From NCBI RefSeq assembly GCF_001194135.2, contig NC_068999.1, forward strand, positions 33,036,931 to 33,100,930: a DNA stretch of 64,000 bases. Reading direction: 5' to 3'. Under the pieces are notes generated by a model, which had not been told where the DNA came from, did no database searches, and saw only the letters and a list, made by a program, of their open reading frames with translations. The position numbers and the translations under genes are program-made. Positions 28,890 to 42,553 of this stretch are shown here, piece after piece. How positions within the stretch are numbered: position 1 is the first letter of the stretch; each line of letters begins with the position of its first letter. The stretch is from Octopus bimaculoides. Lineage: Eukaryota.

Positions 28890-29520
28890 AGCGTAGCTGT
28901 GTGGCACCTTGTGCAGGTGTCTTCTACTATAGCCTCAAGCTAACCAAAGCCTTGTGAGCGGATTTGGTAGACAGAAACTGTAAGAAGCCCATTGTATATA
29001 TGTATGTCCTTCCAATAATGTTTGACAACTGGTGTTGATCTGTTTACGTCCTCATAACATTAGTGTTTCAGCAAAAGAGACCAATACAATAAGTGCCAGA
29101 CTTGACAAAATTAAGTACTGGGGGTGTTTCGTTCAACTAAAAATTCTTCAAGGCAGTGCCCCCAGATGGCCACTGTCTTTTAACAGCAAGTAAACCAAAA
29201 CTTCAAAGTCACTAACACCTATTTCTTAGTGAAATAGATGAATTATAATACTCTACTGAAAAGTACTGTGTGTGTGTGTGCATATGCATGCATGGCTGTG
29301 TGGTTAAAAAGCTTGCTTATCAACCAAGTGGTCTCCAGTCCCACTAGGACACCTTGGGCAGCTGTCTTCTACTATAGCCTGAGTCAACCAAAGCCCCCAA
29401 AGTCTTGTGAACAGATATGGTAGATGGAAACCAAAAGAATACTTGTAGTACCCCAGCATAGCCACTGCCTTTGGGCTGAAACATATAAAAGAATGGCCAC
29501 AGCTCATGTGCTGAAACTGG
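28890..29520 (+). mobile_element. Two adjacent SINE family A copies
   Basis: Both contain gtcttctactatagcc...accaaagcc...ggtaga.ggaaac. Confidence 0.75.
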
Positions 29521-29522
29521 AT

Positions 29523-29523
<1 letters not shown>

Positions 29524-29558
<35 letters not shown>

Positions 29559-29634
29559 CATACATACATACATATACATATATATATATATATATACATA
29601 CATATATACATACATACATACATACATACATACA

Positions 29635-29668
<34 letters not shown>

Positions 29669-29753
29669 CACTGTGTGTGTGTGTGTNNNNNNNNNNTATA
29701 TATATATACATACATATATACATACATACATACATACATACATACATACATAC

Positions 29754-29785
<32 letters not shown>
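29524..29785. repeat. Compound (TA)n/(TACA)n/(TG)n microsatellite with a gap
   Basis: Read directly from the sequence. Confidence 0.95.
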
Positions 29786-29786
<1 letters not shown>

Positions 29787-31747
29787 AACCCATGCCATCA
29801 TGGAAAATGTTCATTAAATGATGACATACATATATATATATATATATATATGTATAAATTTTGTTGTGTTTGTGTGTGCATGTACATATGTATGTTGTTA
29901 AGATGTCATACAAACTATGTTTAGTTGTTCCCGGTCTTCCATGTAAAATATTACCTTACTTGCAAACAGGTAAATGTTGGCAGCAGCAAGGGCATTCAAC
30001 CATAGAAAATTTGTCTCACCAATTTTCTACTGATCCACACAAGAATGGAAAAGTGGATATTACAATGATGATACATTGCCTGTGAAATTGAGGTTTTATA
30101 TATATATATATATATATATATCGTACTTGTCAGATATTGGGGTCGATTTATTCAACTGTTGCTTCCTCCAGTGTATTCTATTGTTATTAATAACAATCAT
30201 TACTGCTCAGCATTATATGCTTTACACCACATTGTGTATGTGTGTGTGTGCACACGGCATGCTCCCACCACCACCTGCTGCTGTATATTTTAATAAAGAA
30301 TGCTAGTCTTTAAATGAAATATTAAATTATTCTATTTTGTTTCCATGGAAACTGGATGTTTTACTATTGTCTTCACATTATTTTAATCATCTCTTAACGT
30401 TATTTCCATATAGGTTATATGGAGCAATGTTTATGGAATTTGTGTGTGCTTGCTTTTGTATGCAAGTACTTTTGCACGTGTGTGTGCTTGTGCTTGCATG
30501 TGTGTATGCACATTGTATTAGCTGTTTGATGTGTGAGTATGTGTGTATTGTATAGAATCTCAATGCATGAACTTTGTATTGGTGTAGGCTGTGTATGTAT
30601 GTATAGTATGCATTATGTGTGTAGATATGCCCTGTGTTTACTTATATGCTGTATATGGAGTAGTGTGTGTGTGTGTACCATTTACTTTGCATCTATGTAA
30701 ATATACCACAGGTAGTGTATGGTTATGTTTTATTGTAGGTGTACGTGTGTGTTTGTGTACTATAGGTACCATATTGTCCTCTGACCTTACAATTGTCTTC
30801 CCTGATATCATTCAATGTTTACAGTAATATTAAGTCATGAAGTACACTGAATTGTTGTTACTGCACAGTAACTGGTTGAAAAAGAGTTTATGGTGTTAAG
30901 GGTTTGGGAAGGCGAGGCTGTTTAAGCATTTTGACTAATTGTGTGTGGGTAATGACACAGACAGGCAAACATGTACAAAGCTAGCTAGCTATGTATGGAT
31001 AGGTAGGTAGATAGATAGATATGTATATAGACATGTAAGTAGGTAGGTAGATAGATAGATATGTATATAGACATGTAGGTAGGTAGGTAGGTTGGTAAGT
31101 AGGTCGGTAGGTAGATAGATAGATAGATTGATTTGTAAATCCCTCCTTGTCATATTCATGTGTGAGATTAAAAAAAGAAAATTTCAGTATTTCCCCTTCT
31201 CTTAACTGAAACAACCAGCCTGGATTTGTTATCTTTATATTACCTTTAATTAACTTTGTGGTCCATGAGTATATACCATTAATTAAGTAGCATTCATTAA
31301 CAATCTGCTCTCAGAGGTACACACTTTTTATCACTTCTGGACCACAGGTATGCGTGCATCTGTGTGTGTACCATTAATTAATATTGTGTTCACTAGTGTA
31401 TACCATCCATTAATTCTATGGTCCACAAGTATATACCATTTAATTTCCCCCTCAGAAATTATTTTCTTTCATCCTAATCTTTATCATCATCTTCATCATC
31501 ATCATATTACCATGAAATTTGATTTCATTACCATCATTCTTATCATCATCTTCATCAGCAGCATTATTGTTCTCATCAGCTGTCTTCATTGTCATTATCT
31601 TCATTGCTGTTATTTCTCTCTCTCTCCCCCCTCTCATAAATAGCAAATTCTAAAACTATCCAGTGATTGATTATTACCAGTAACGACATTTACTATTTCA
31701 TTTCTGATATCAAAGGGGAATGTATCCCCTTTGGAAATTGGGAACGC

Positions 31748-31915
<168 letters not shown>

Positions 31916-32982
31916 ACCTTCAGTTTGCATTGCCCTGAGCTCTGCTAAACATAGTTGACTCTGCCAATGATGCCCCTCTTCACTTCTTTCTCCTATCTCA
32001 GAACAACAAGTAGGGAAGGGTTGGTGAGAGGGGTTGGATTTTGTTTATAAATGTCAGTGAATTAAATATATTGATCTGGTGGCGGCAGCGGTGAAAATGG
32101 TGATGATAAATGGTAGTGATGGTAGTGCTATAGTGGTAAATGATGTTGATAAGTATGATGCAGTAACTTCAGATACCCACCATATCGAGTGATTGGTGGA
32201 ATCTGTTCTGTATTCTATTGACATGCCCCACTCTACTACAACATGTACCCTAATTACATGCCCAGCACTGCTTCATTAACATGTAACCCTGCCTGGTCTG
32301 TCCCACCCACAGTCCTGTTGTGTGTATGTTTCTCTCCCTCTCTCCCCCCCTCCTTTATATTAACATGTACTCGACCGCAAACTGCAACCTTTCATTAGCA
32401 TTATCTTAACTTTCCTACCCAGTTTCTCATTGCCGTTTGTTTTATAGCATCTCCTCTTCATCCCCCTATATTTCTCATCATCATCATTTAACACCCATCT
32501 TCCCTACTGGCATGAGTTGAACGGTCCCCCAGCAAGAAAACTTAATCCACCACCCACTTTTCCCTGACATCCTTCTACTTACCAATTTACTGAGACAATT
32601 AGGTGTTCCTTCATCTCTTTCTCTCTCGCTCACACACACACACACATGGTGCAAATGGCCACAGATTATGTGATTAAAATCTCCAAACCAATGAACATTG
32701 TTCTCATACAGAAGGTTTCTTTCTAAAGATCCAGTCAGCATAATACAAAACACAAGTAGTAGTGGTGGTATTGATGGTGGGTGTTGGACAGTTGTTTTGC
32801 GTCTCTTTTACTCCTGGTAGAACAGATAATAGCCAGTCTCACTGGGATGTCCTTGACTGGGTTTGGTGTAGTGTTGAGGCTGTAGTCTTCATTGTTTATT
32901 TCCACTTGCTAATTCAATGATACTATGAAGCTGTTGGTCAAAAACAAAATTTAGCATGCATTAGACATTTGTGACTACTCAC

Positions 32983-33025
<43 letters not shown>

Positions 33026-33046
33026 ANNNNNNNNNNGACTACTCAC

Positions 33047-33089
<43 letters not shown>

Positions 33090-33422
33090 AGAGAGAGTTC
33101 TTTTTACACCAAACATAACATGAACACTATTCAGAATATTGTTAAGAATTTAGAGTACTTCCTTCAGCATTGTTTGTTTCAAACAAACATCTATTGTTAT
33201 AAATAAGTTAAGGCTCTAAACCTCATTTTCTGTATATATGTGTGTCTCTTTCTGTATGTGTGCATTTAACATTTTACAGTTTTATGATACATAGCTATTG
33301 TGAGTGAATTTGTCGATGGATTGTTGTCCTGTCTACGACTGAACATCACCACACTTCCCATTTCATCAACATTAACAAGATATCTGTGTCTCATTTTTCC
33401 CATCTGTTTCTTTTGATTGCAG

Positions 33423-33599
33423 GGCCTTGTTTGATTATGATCCCACAAAGGACAGCGGATTGCCAAGTAAAGGCTTAGCATTTAAATATGGTGACATCTT
33501 ACATGTAACCAATGCCAGTGATGATGAGTGGTGGCAAGCCAAACGTATCACCCCAGAAGGGGAAGAAGAAGGAATGGGTATAATCCCAAGTAAAAGACG
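33423..33599 (+). CDS. dlg1: Discs-large exon: SH3 domain, (R)[58 protein letters not shown](R)
   Basis: Acceptor ttgattgcag and donor cg|gtaaaa; 177 nt, phase 2 to 2. Contains the [20 protein letters not shown] and IPSKRR motifs characteristic of the DLG SH3. Confidence 0.98.
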
Positions 33600-33679
33600 G
33601 TAAAACACTTTTGTTACTGTTTTCTCTTTTGATTCTGTTTGTTACTGTCCCTGTCCTTGTGTCTGTCAGAGTATTCAAT

Positions 33680-33940
33680 CAGTGGTTCTCAACCAGGGTC
33701 CATATGGCCCTTGTGAGTCCATATAAGATTTTGTTGTTAAAATTTGTCTGTAATAAATTGGTTATATTTCTACAATACACAAAATATTTTAATGATTATT
33801 TTTATACGGTTCCTTATACTATTTAATTATAAAAATATAAGAAGATTTTTTTAAAAAATTCGATAGTTATGAGGGCCCATCCGAGTAAAATAGGAATCAC
33901 AGGAGTCCATTGGTAAAAAAAAAATGGTTGAGAACCATTG
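33680..33940. mobile_element. hAT-like MITE, copy 2 (80 bp downstream of the SH3 exon)
   Basis: TIR cagtggttctcaacc / ggttgagaaccattg. Inverted relative to copies 1 and 3. Confidence 0.75.
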
Positions 33941-35689
33941 GTGTAAATAATTCTTGTCAAAAGTACCTAAATCAGTCAGTCAAAAATGCTTAACGAATAT
34001 GATACTTTAATAATACTAATAATAACATTAATAGTAACAACAACAATGATAATTATAATAATTAGTAACAATTAAAAACATTAAAATGCTAATTTATTCT
34101 AATTGTTAAATATGTTGGCTTTTATTCATATTTCTATAAACCAAAAGCTTATAGGCTGGCTTCTTTTAATGTAAAACTTACTTTAATACAGTTTCCTTTC
34201 CAGTTCTGTCTTATTGTAACAATACAAGAATAAACACTCCTTTATTAAATTGGATTTCTATTGTTTCATAAAAGTTATTTTCATGTAAATTTTATTATAG
34301 AAATGAAATTGTATATTAAGATAATGGTGAATGTATGTCTTTCTGTTCAATATATTATGTCTAATATTTGGTGAATTTTCTGAAATATCTTAAGAAATGA
34401 AGGAGTTTGTGTGATTATTGTTGTTGTTATGAATTGACTGTTTTACATTTAATGTAAATGATTAAAGCCATTATTAAACAAAGTTGAAAAGCTTGCTGTA
34501 ATGGGTATTTGTAAAGTAAGAGCCTGTTAACAAGTGACTGATGGTTATCTTATGGGAGTAGATAGCATAGTTTACATAGCTGAAACAAACCCATATCTTA
34601 TTTGAGTCTAAATAATAGCGAAGGCTTTAAAAAAAAAAATGTTAAAATATTTTGTGTATAGATAAGTTTATTGTTCATTTAGTAAACTACAAAATTCTTA
34701 CTTTCTCTCAATTTCCTGTAATTCAGACCACCTCATGGTCCCTTACTTGAGAAGAGTAAGTAGCCAGTGTTTTTAGAGTAATCAGTGTTTTCTAGAGTAA
34801 CCCACTACCAAGCTATCTGTGGCTCATTTTCTGTCAGTGAGGTCGGTTTGTCTTCCTGTCCCTGCTTGGTTACTTTAGTCTATTTTTCAACATTGATTTA
34901 GAAGTAACAAATATTTAATCCCTATCATTCCTGCAGAACTATTTTTCCTATCCTAAATTGTAGTATAATCATTCCAACATGAATGGAACAACCAGAAATG
35001 GGCACTAATGTTCCATCAAAACTGAAACATAAGGAAATTGTTTAGTTGTACAGAAGACCATATTATTTGATTGGTGTCTGTAAATCTCCATAAAAATACA
35101 ATGTTATCAGGACCTCATTGAAATTTTCACTTAGTCATTGAAGGGCAGACACATTGCATTGGTTTCCTGTTCTATTTTCTTCACTTATAGAATACATCCA
35201 GATCAGAAATGTAAACTTGCTGCCTACAACAGTGAAATATGCCTCCCCCATTTTGCAGATTTATCTCTTTTGAATTTGCCTGCTGAGCCTTGGAGACCTT
35301 ATGCAAGACACACTGCAGTTTTGGTGTAAAATCTACAGAACATATCTTTACACTATTACACTGTCCATTCTTCTATTCTGTCAGCCATCTGTGACTGCTC
35401 TTTAATTGCATGGTCACACCCGAACTTACATTAAATAACTGACCAGTACAGATGTCATTAATGTCAACCAGACATACACTGAACTGACCAATTAGTTATT
35501 TCGATTAAGATATTTATTCACTAGAACTAATTCTCCTATACCTAATTATTATTTCTGTAGACATTCAATGCCTAGAACCCACACTACTTTGCTCTAAAAG
35601 TCCTTGTTTTTTTTTCCCCTGAATTAAAATAGTATTGTTGACTCATCAGCTTGTTTATTGTCACTGTCTTCATCTTTTTTGCTCAACAG

Positions 35690-35753
35690 AGTCGAACGTA
35701 AAGAACGGGCACGGTTGAAGATTGTCAAGTTTACTGGCAAAGGGAATGATAAG
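35690..35753 (+). CDS. dlg1: Discs-large exon: HOOK region, (R)VERKERARLKIVKFTGKGNDK
   Basis: Acceptor ctcaacag and donor aag|gtaagt; 64 nt, phase 2 to 0. Matches DLG VEKKERARLKTVKF. Confidence 0.96.
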
Positions 35754-35997
35754 GTAAGTGGAAAACCTCAGCCCTTTACATACCACACCACACACCTCAT
35801 GGTGTGCATCGTTGTCTTAGTGTTTTGTATTTTGTTGGAGGGGGGGGGTCTCAAAGTAAGAATTAATATGTATTTTGTTGTCTTTAGAAGATATCAGTGG
35901 TTGAGTGATGTTTGTCTGTGGTGGTCCTAAACGATGTGTAAGTTTGTATGGTGTAGTCAATGTCATTTTTGATGGTTTCTTTGTTTTTAAATTCTAG

Positions 35998-36106
35998 GTG
36001 GCAGCAGCAAATGAAAAAAGGAAAAGCAATTTCTCCTTCTCTCGAAAGTTTCCGTTTATGAAGAGTAAGGACCACAGCGGTAGTGAAGATGTAAGCGCTG
36101 ATGAAC
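35998..36106 (+). CDS. dlg1: Discs-large exon: I3-like insert, VAAANEKRKSNFSFSRKFPFMKSKDHSGSEDVSADE
   Basis: Acceptor ttctag and donor c|gtaagt; 109 nt, phase 0 to 1. KRK..FSRKFPF.K.KD.S resembles the vertebrate SAP97/hDlg I3 insert. Confidence 0.94.
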
Positions 36107-36401
36107 GTAAGTTGTGCTGGTGCCATCTTGCCCTTTTTTCACAATACATAATTACTCGACATCATATTTGGAGTATGCTTTTCTTTAATTGACAAACTAA
36201 CACTTGAATGTACGTACATATACATACATATATATATATATATACAGACAGACAGATAAGTGAAGAACTCCATGTGTTCTTCACTAGTCTAAACAATATT
36301 GTTAGCCTGGTGTGCCAACAGAGAGCTTATAAAGTATTTTGCCTGGATTGATAATCCTTCACTGTTAGCTCTGTTGTTATTTATACATACATATGTATAT
36401 T

Positions 36402-36464
<63 letters not shown>

Positions 36465-37913
36465 CATCAACCCTGCTCTAACAACCCTCATGACTCATTA
36501 TATCTAAGGATCATATTAACCTGTGTTTTTTATTAATTAACTGATGGAGTATGTATATATTTAGCTTCTATTTCTAGAAGGTCAAACAACTGTGAAGACC
36601 TAAGTTTTAGTCACTGTTATGATTGTTGGTCAGGATTAGACCAGATATATTGTGCTGATAGTGGCTCACTGTTCAATAAGAAAATGATACCAGTAATTAT
36701 ACTACTACTTGTACTTTGCTGAATTATGAATCACTCATGCAGATATCATTACCTTTTCAATTATGAAAATTTAATGATCTAGATTACTCTGTAGACTCTA
36801 TCTATCCACCAGTCACTTCTGTTTTAGACACAATGTAGACTATATTCAAATGAATTCATCTTCCTACATGATTTAATCTACCATAGCAGATACTGAGGCT
36901 GTCTTGCACTGTGTATGTGTTGTAAATATTGAGATTTACATGCACATGCACACACACACACACACACACACATTAGATGCCAAGATTTTGCAATATTTCA
37001 CTTTTAGTATAGTGGTCAACTGAATCTATCACAACTAACCTCAATGGAGGTTCCAACAGGATCTTTCTACTTTCTAAAAATACCTACCAAATCTCCCTCA
37101 AATCACATCCTACTGTCTTAAAACAAGGAAGGACACATTGGATAATGTAGTCCAAGGTATCTGTCTGAAAAGGCAAGACAGTCACTGCAGGATCACCTTC
37201 AATTAGTGTGAGCTGGGATTAAACAACTACACTTCAAACTGAACCTCAATCTAATTTACCCTATTCCAGGTCTTTCAGTTGACAATGACTGTGAAGGCTA
37301 TAGTCACCATCCCAGCCAATCACTTAACAGATTCATCTTCTGTGGAACCAGTATCTCAAAAGGCTATTCATATTCCATGAGTGAGAATCAAAAATATTTG
37401 AAGTAAAATCCTCAAAAAAAAAAAAAAAAAATGCCCTGATGTCTGCCTTCAGTTGGTCATCTCTATGGTAACACTAACCCTAATGCTGATCCTCACATTA
37501 AGTATAACCCCCCCCCCCCNNNNNNNNNNACCCCCCCCCCCACACACACACACACACACACACCAAAAAAGAAAAAAGGCTCAGGCATGGCTTTGTGGTT
37601 GAGATGCTCACTTTACAACCATATGGTTTCAAGATAAGACCCACTACACAGCACTAAGTGTCCTCTGCTATAGCCATAGGCCTTGTGCATTTGGTAGACA
37701 GATAGTTAATACTTTGGAGATGATTAGTACCATGAGTGAGGACAAGATACACTTTGTGTAGGGATAGAAAGCAATTTTGGTAGAGACAAGTGATACTTTA
37801 TGTAGTGCTCAGTGATTTATTAAGTTTAAAACTGCAAAAGTTTCAGAAATATATTGAAGACTAGAAACACTCATGCATATATACAAATGTACTCAGACAG
37901 ACTGCTCTTTCTT

Positions 37914-37971
<58 letters not shown>

Positions 37972-38819
37972 CCTCTCTCTCTCTCTCACATACACACACA
38001 AACACCCATTAAAGAGGGTTTTCTTGCTACACGTAGAAAGCTTTGTTGAAATGTTTTGCTTGTTACACATTAATAAAATTGTAGGACAATTACTGTTAAA
38101 AACATTTTTTTTTTTTTATAAATGTAAAGTTTGTAAGATTTTCAGAGAAAATAATTTGCAATATTTAGTTTAGTTTTTCTACATTCTAAGTTCAAATCCT
38201 GCCAAAGTAAATTTCACCGTTTAACCTTCTCTGAATGATAAAATATATTCCAATCATTTAACGGACTTTATTCAGTTGATTACATCCTTCCCTCCCTCTT
38301 TCTCTGTCAGTTAGTGTCAGAAATCATTACAGAATCAATAAAGTATCAGTCAATTTAACCCTTTGCCTGTCCTGTGTGTCACTTGTGCTACACACGATAT
38401 ATTTCTCCTGGCAGCCATGCTTATTATATGATTCACATTCCCATTTTTTTCTTTTCTTCTTTCAACACCCTGAGTAATTTGGGACTTTTGAAAGGAAAGC
38501 TTTAGAACATGAAACAAGGGATAACTAAAAGTCTGAAAACAAGTATGGATGTTTAGGACAAACTTATGAAAATGCTTTGGACAGGCAAAGGATCACTCAA
38601 ATTATTCCTTCTTCTAAATACTTGTGGGATTGGTACCTTCTGTAGTATAATTCAGCTACATCTCTGTATGGAAACTATAAACAATGGAACAGAGTCAAAA
38701 GCTTGATACACACACAACAATAGTTGTACTGTAAAACAGTTATTGGTTCATAAACAATGGAAGGAAATAAAAGACAATGTAATGTTGACATAATATATTA
38801 TTCATAATAGAGTTAACTA

Positions 38820-38988
38820 GGCAGGAGTGGCTGTGTGGTAGGTAGCTAGCTTACCAACCACATGGTTCCGGGTTCATCCCCACTGCGCGGCACCTTGGGC
38901 AAGTGTCTTCTACTATAGCCCCGTGCCAACCAAAGCCTTGTGAGTGGATTTGGTAGACGGAAACTGAAAGAAGCCCATCGTATATATG

Positions 38989-39019
<31 letters not shown>

Positions 39020-39236
39020 GTGTGTATATGTTTGTGTGTCTGTGTTTGTCTCTCCAACATCGCTTGACAACCGATGGTGGTGTGTTTATGTCCCCGTAAC
39101 TTAGCGGTTCGGCAAAAGAGACCGATAGAATAAGTACTAGGCTTCCAAAAAGAATAAGTCCTGGGGTCGATTTGCTCGACTAAAGGCGGTGCTCCAGCAT
39201 GGCCGCAGTCAAATGACTGAAACAAGTAAAAGAGTA
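38820..39236 (+). mobile_element. Full-length SINE family A (octopus-type tRNA/CORE SINE)
   Basis: Head ggagtggctgtgtggta...gggttcatccc, CORE-like gcaccttgggcaagtg, internal (TA/TG)n and a 3' aaacaagtaaaagagt tail. Confidence 0.9.
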
Positions 39237-40165
39237 GTAAATATTTAAATTTAGGATATACATGAATGTGTGTGTGTGCATGCGTGCATATAATGTGCAG
39301 GTAAGATTGTATGCTTATGAAATCATTGGGTTCAGGTTCCACTACATGGCGCCATGGGCAAGTGTTTTCTGCTATACCTTAGACCAACTAACACTTTGTG
39401 AATGGAATTGATTGTGTGTGTGTGTATGTATAATCATCACCATTTTAACGTCCATTTTTCCATGTTTGCATGGAATAGATGGAGTTTATTGAAACATTTT
39501 ATATGACCAGATGCCCTTTCCTGTCACCAACCTTTACCAGTTTCCAAGCAAGAATAATATTTTCCCGTGGCCAGAATTGTTTTTGCGGAATATTGGAAAT
39601 GAATGCAATTCATTTACAACAATCATGCAATATCAAGACAAGGAGACACAAACATACACACCCATACTTACTAATACAATAGGCTTCTTTCAATTTTCGT
39701 CTATCAAATCCACTCATAAGGCTTTGGTTAACTCAGGGTTATAGTAATAGACACTCACCCGAAGTGCTACACAGTAAGTCTGAACCAAAAACCATTTGGT
39801 TGGAGAACAATTGTGGTGTCACAGATAACTTGATCTTAATAGATTTGATTTCACTCAATAGTTACACCATCAGTAAATGCTGTTATTTTCAAAAGATCTT
39901 TCAAATAAGAATATCTTAATACACTCACACACAGATGTGTGTGTGAATTTGTGTGCATGACATCTTGTGTCTTGTCATTAACACAATACAAACAAAAAAA
40001 ATGGATACCTGTTCTCAATCACCCATACTAGTGGAAAACAGGTTTGCAGCTGAAAGAGCATCTGACCTCAACAAGCTTTGTCTAAGCACTTGTCTGCATG
40101 GAATAATGAACATAGAAATTGAACAAATGAATATATATATATATATATATATAGTTACAGAAACT

Positions 40166-40478
40166 GTGAAGGCGCATGGATCAGTGGTTAGAGTGTCAGG
40201 CTCACAATCATGAGGTAGTGAGTTGTGTTCTTCAGCAAAACACTTTATTTCATGTTGCTCCAGTCCACTCAACTGTAGAAATGAATTGAAACATCACTAG
40301 TGCCAAGCTGTATCAGCCCCTTTGCCTTTCCCTTGGATAACATCCATGGCATGGAGAGGGGAGGCTGGTATGCATGGGCGACTGCTGGCCTCCCATAAAC
40401 AACCTTGCCTCGACTTGTGCCTCAGAGGGGAACTTTCTAGGTACAATCCCATGGTCATTCATGACCAAAGGGGGTCTT
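40166..40478 (+). mobile_element. tRNA-derived SINE family B; second copy at 54742-55029
   Basis: tcagtggttagag A box and a shared body ending gaagggggtctt in both copies. Confidence 0.85.
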
Positions 40479-40849
40479 TACATGTTACAGAATCCACTGC
40501 TTAATGGGTTCAAGTCCATCCTTATACACTTTACTCTATGATCCCTCTGGGATCAATTTAGTCAACTTAGCTCCTCCTCAAATGTTTCAGTTAGAAATGT
40601 TTTTGCAAAATCATGAGAGTAGATAAAATTGCCCTAGATACAATACTTTGGCAAGATTTGAACTCAGAACACTAAGGACTTTCAACATTTGTAAAGAACT
40701 AGTCATATTACTAATGTCTCTTGAAATTCATTGTTCCTTTTCTCCAAACCATGCAACCTTGTCTTAATATTTTTATTCTTTGAAAAATAAATATTATCTC
40801 TCCTCTTATTTTCCCACCTCTTCTTTTTGGCTGCTTTTCTGGATTATAG

Positions 40850-40852
40850 AAG
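40850..40852 (+). CDS. dlg1: Candidate 3-nt microexon (AAG) or recursive splice site
   Basis: A ~45-nt pyrimidine tract containing TGC, then tag|AAG|gtacgt. Frame-preserving in phase 1. Confidence 0.4.
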
Positions 40853-42532
40853 GTACGTTTTAAACTTTACTTATTAATTGTTCTCTTCATTAACAATTCT
40901 GCAATTAGTCTAAATATATTCTCTCTCTTTCTCTCTCTCCCTAAATTGTGTGTAAAACATTAACTATATTCTTCTGCAATGAAATTTTAACACACATACC
41001 ACAACTGTTTCCAGTTTGCCTAAGTTGGTTCTGTATTTCAGTCTAACATGATGATTGAAGTAGGAATAATAAGTCATACAAGTTCAAGTATTATTTTTAT
41101 GGTTTCAATACTAGGCTATACTGCTTAATATTCTACTAGAGTTACAATACTAGATTATACTAGTAAATGTAATATTACTGGGTTACAATGCTAGGTCAAA
41201 TTATTTAATGTAGTATTACTGGGGTTAAAATTCTAGGTTGCCTCTAGAAGAGAGTCATTCATAGACACCCTAAACAAACCCGGAGCAGATGAGGCCCCTC
41301 AGTTCTTTAGCTGCTCATCTAAGAGAAGGTAACTCCATAAAAATCATACATCCTTTTAATTACTGGGTTCATGGAACTTGTTGCACTAGACCAGTACAAG
41401 TTTGAAGAATGAGAAAGCGGGACTCTCTCTGCACAAACCATAGCCACTATTTTAATAGTCATTGTGTGGTCGTTCAGCAAACGAAGGCACCAGCAACCAA
41501 TATACTTTAATTCATAAGTTCAGTGGCAACAGGGCAAAGAGGTGATGAGTACAGGTAAAGGACACTACAGGAAGTGTTCAGTCTTGACTCTGCACACAGG
41601 CAGCCATAAGATGATGGTTGTTATTAAGCTATGTCTTGTTAAAATCTCTCTCATTGAAGTAACAAGAGAGTCCACCACAATTCTAGGTTAAAGTAGTTAA
41701 TTTAAGGATATGTTACAATATGTTACTATTAGAGATCTGAAAAATCATCATAGCAACAATGACTTGTAATTACTTGGAAGAATAATTACAAAACAATTCA
41801 TATTATTCTTGTTGTTGTTATTATTATAAGCCAATTTAACCACTCCTGTCCTTAATAATTAGTGGTTTTCTGTTAATGTTAGAAATCAGTAGTAATGTGT
41901 AAATAACTGAATATATATTGAACTCCAGTTTGTTGCATCATAGGTTCAACTTATGCTGTAGGCGCTATTATTCCATTTTGTCATTGGGCAAATACACAAT
42001 AGGTTATTTGGTTTTCAAAATTGGCTTACAACTTTACTACAGTATCCTTGTTTTTGAGTGCACTGATATGGTAACAAATGTTATCATTTAATATATTCAG
42101 AAGTCAAACAAATTTCTCTCTCTTGCATTAATGTTAATTAGACAATCTTTTTGTAAAGTCACTTTTAATGAATGAGTTTCTTGAATAATCTCTGTGATTC
42201 CATTCATATTATTTTTGATATACTTGGCGGTGGATTGGTAGAATTAGTAGAGTGTCGGACAAAATACCTTGTGGTATTTTGTCATGTCCCTTTACTTTCT
42301 TATTTCAAGACTCACCAAGCCTTTTATCCCTCTAGCAGTCAATAAAGTACCACTGATGTGCTGGACTCAATTTCCTTGACTTTTTCCATGCCCCTGCCCA
42401 ACTTTTCTGGCTCTGTGCCAACATTACAAATTGTTGTTGTTGTTATTATTATTATTATTTCTTTGTTTTCTTTACCAATTTCTATTGCGCCAAAAGCTAA
42501 CCAATATGATTTCTTGTTTTTTCTGCATGCAG

Positions 42533-42553
42533 AAGGCGATTGCCCTGGCCAAG
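42533..42553 (+). CDS. dlg1: Candidate 21-nt microexon, xGDCPGQ
   Basis: ttcttgttttttctgcatgcag|aaggcgattgccctggccaag|gttttt. Phase 1 to 1, no stop, GC-rich relative to its flanks; the donor is weak. Confidence 0.45.

Noticed and set aside
29304-29924. Long ORFs of 165-189 aa (YVCM/IHTY repeats), and RERE/LSLS ORFs at 31.7 and 52.9 kb
   Set aside because: They are translations of microsatellites and N gaps.
32973-33090. Duplicated gactactcactgtgtg..gaga unit around a 10-N gap
   Set aside because: Typical contig-overlap artefact at a microsatellite; similar cases at 29690, 37520 and 60280.
37270-37296. 27-nt in-frame segment ending at a GC donor
   Set aside because: gctata is far from the strong consensus that GC donors need.
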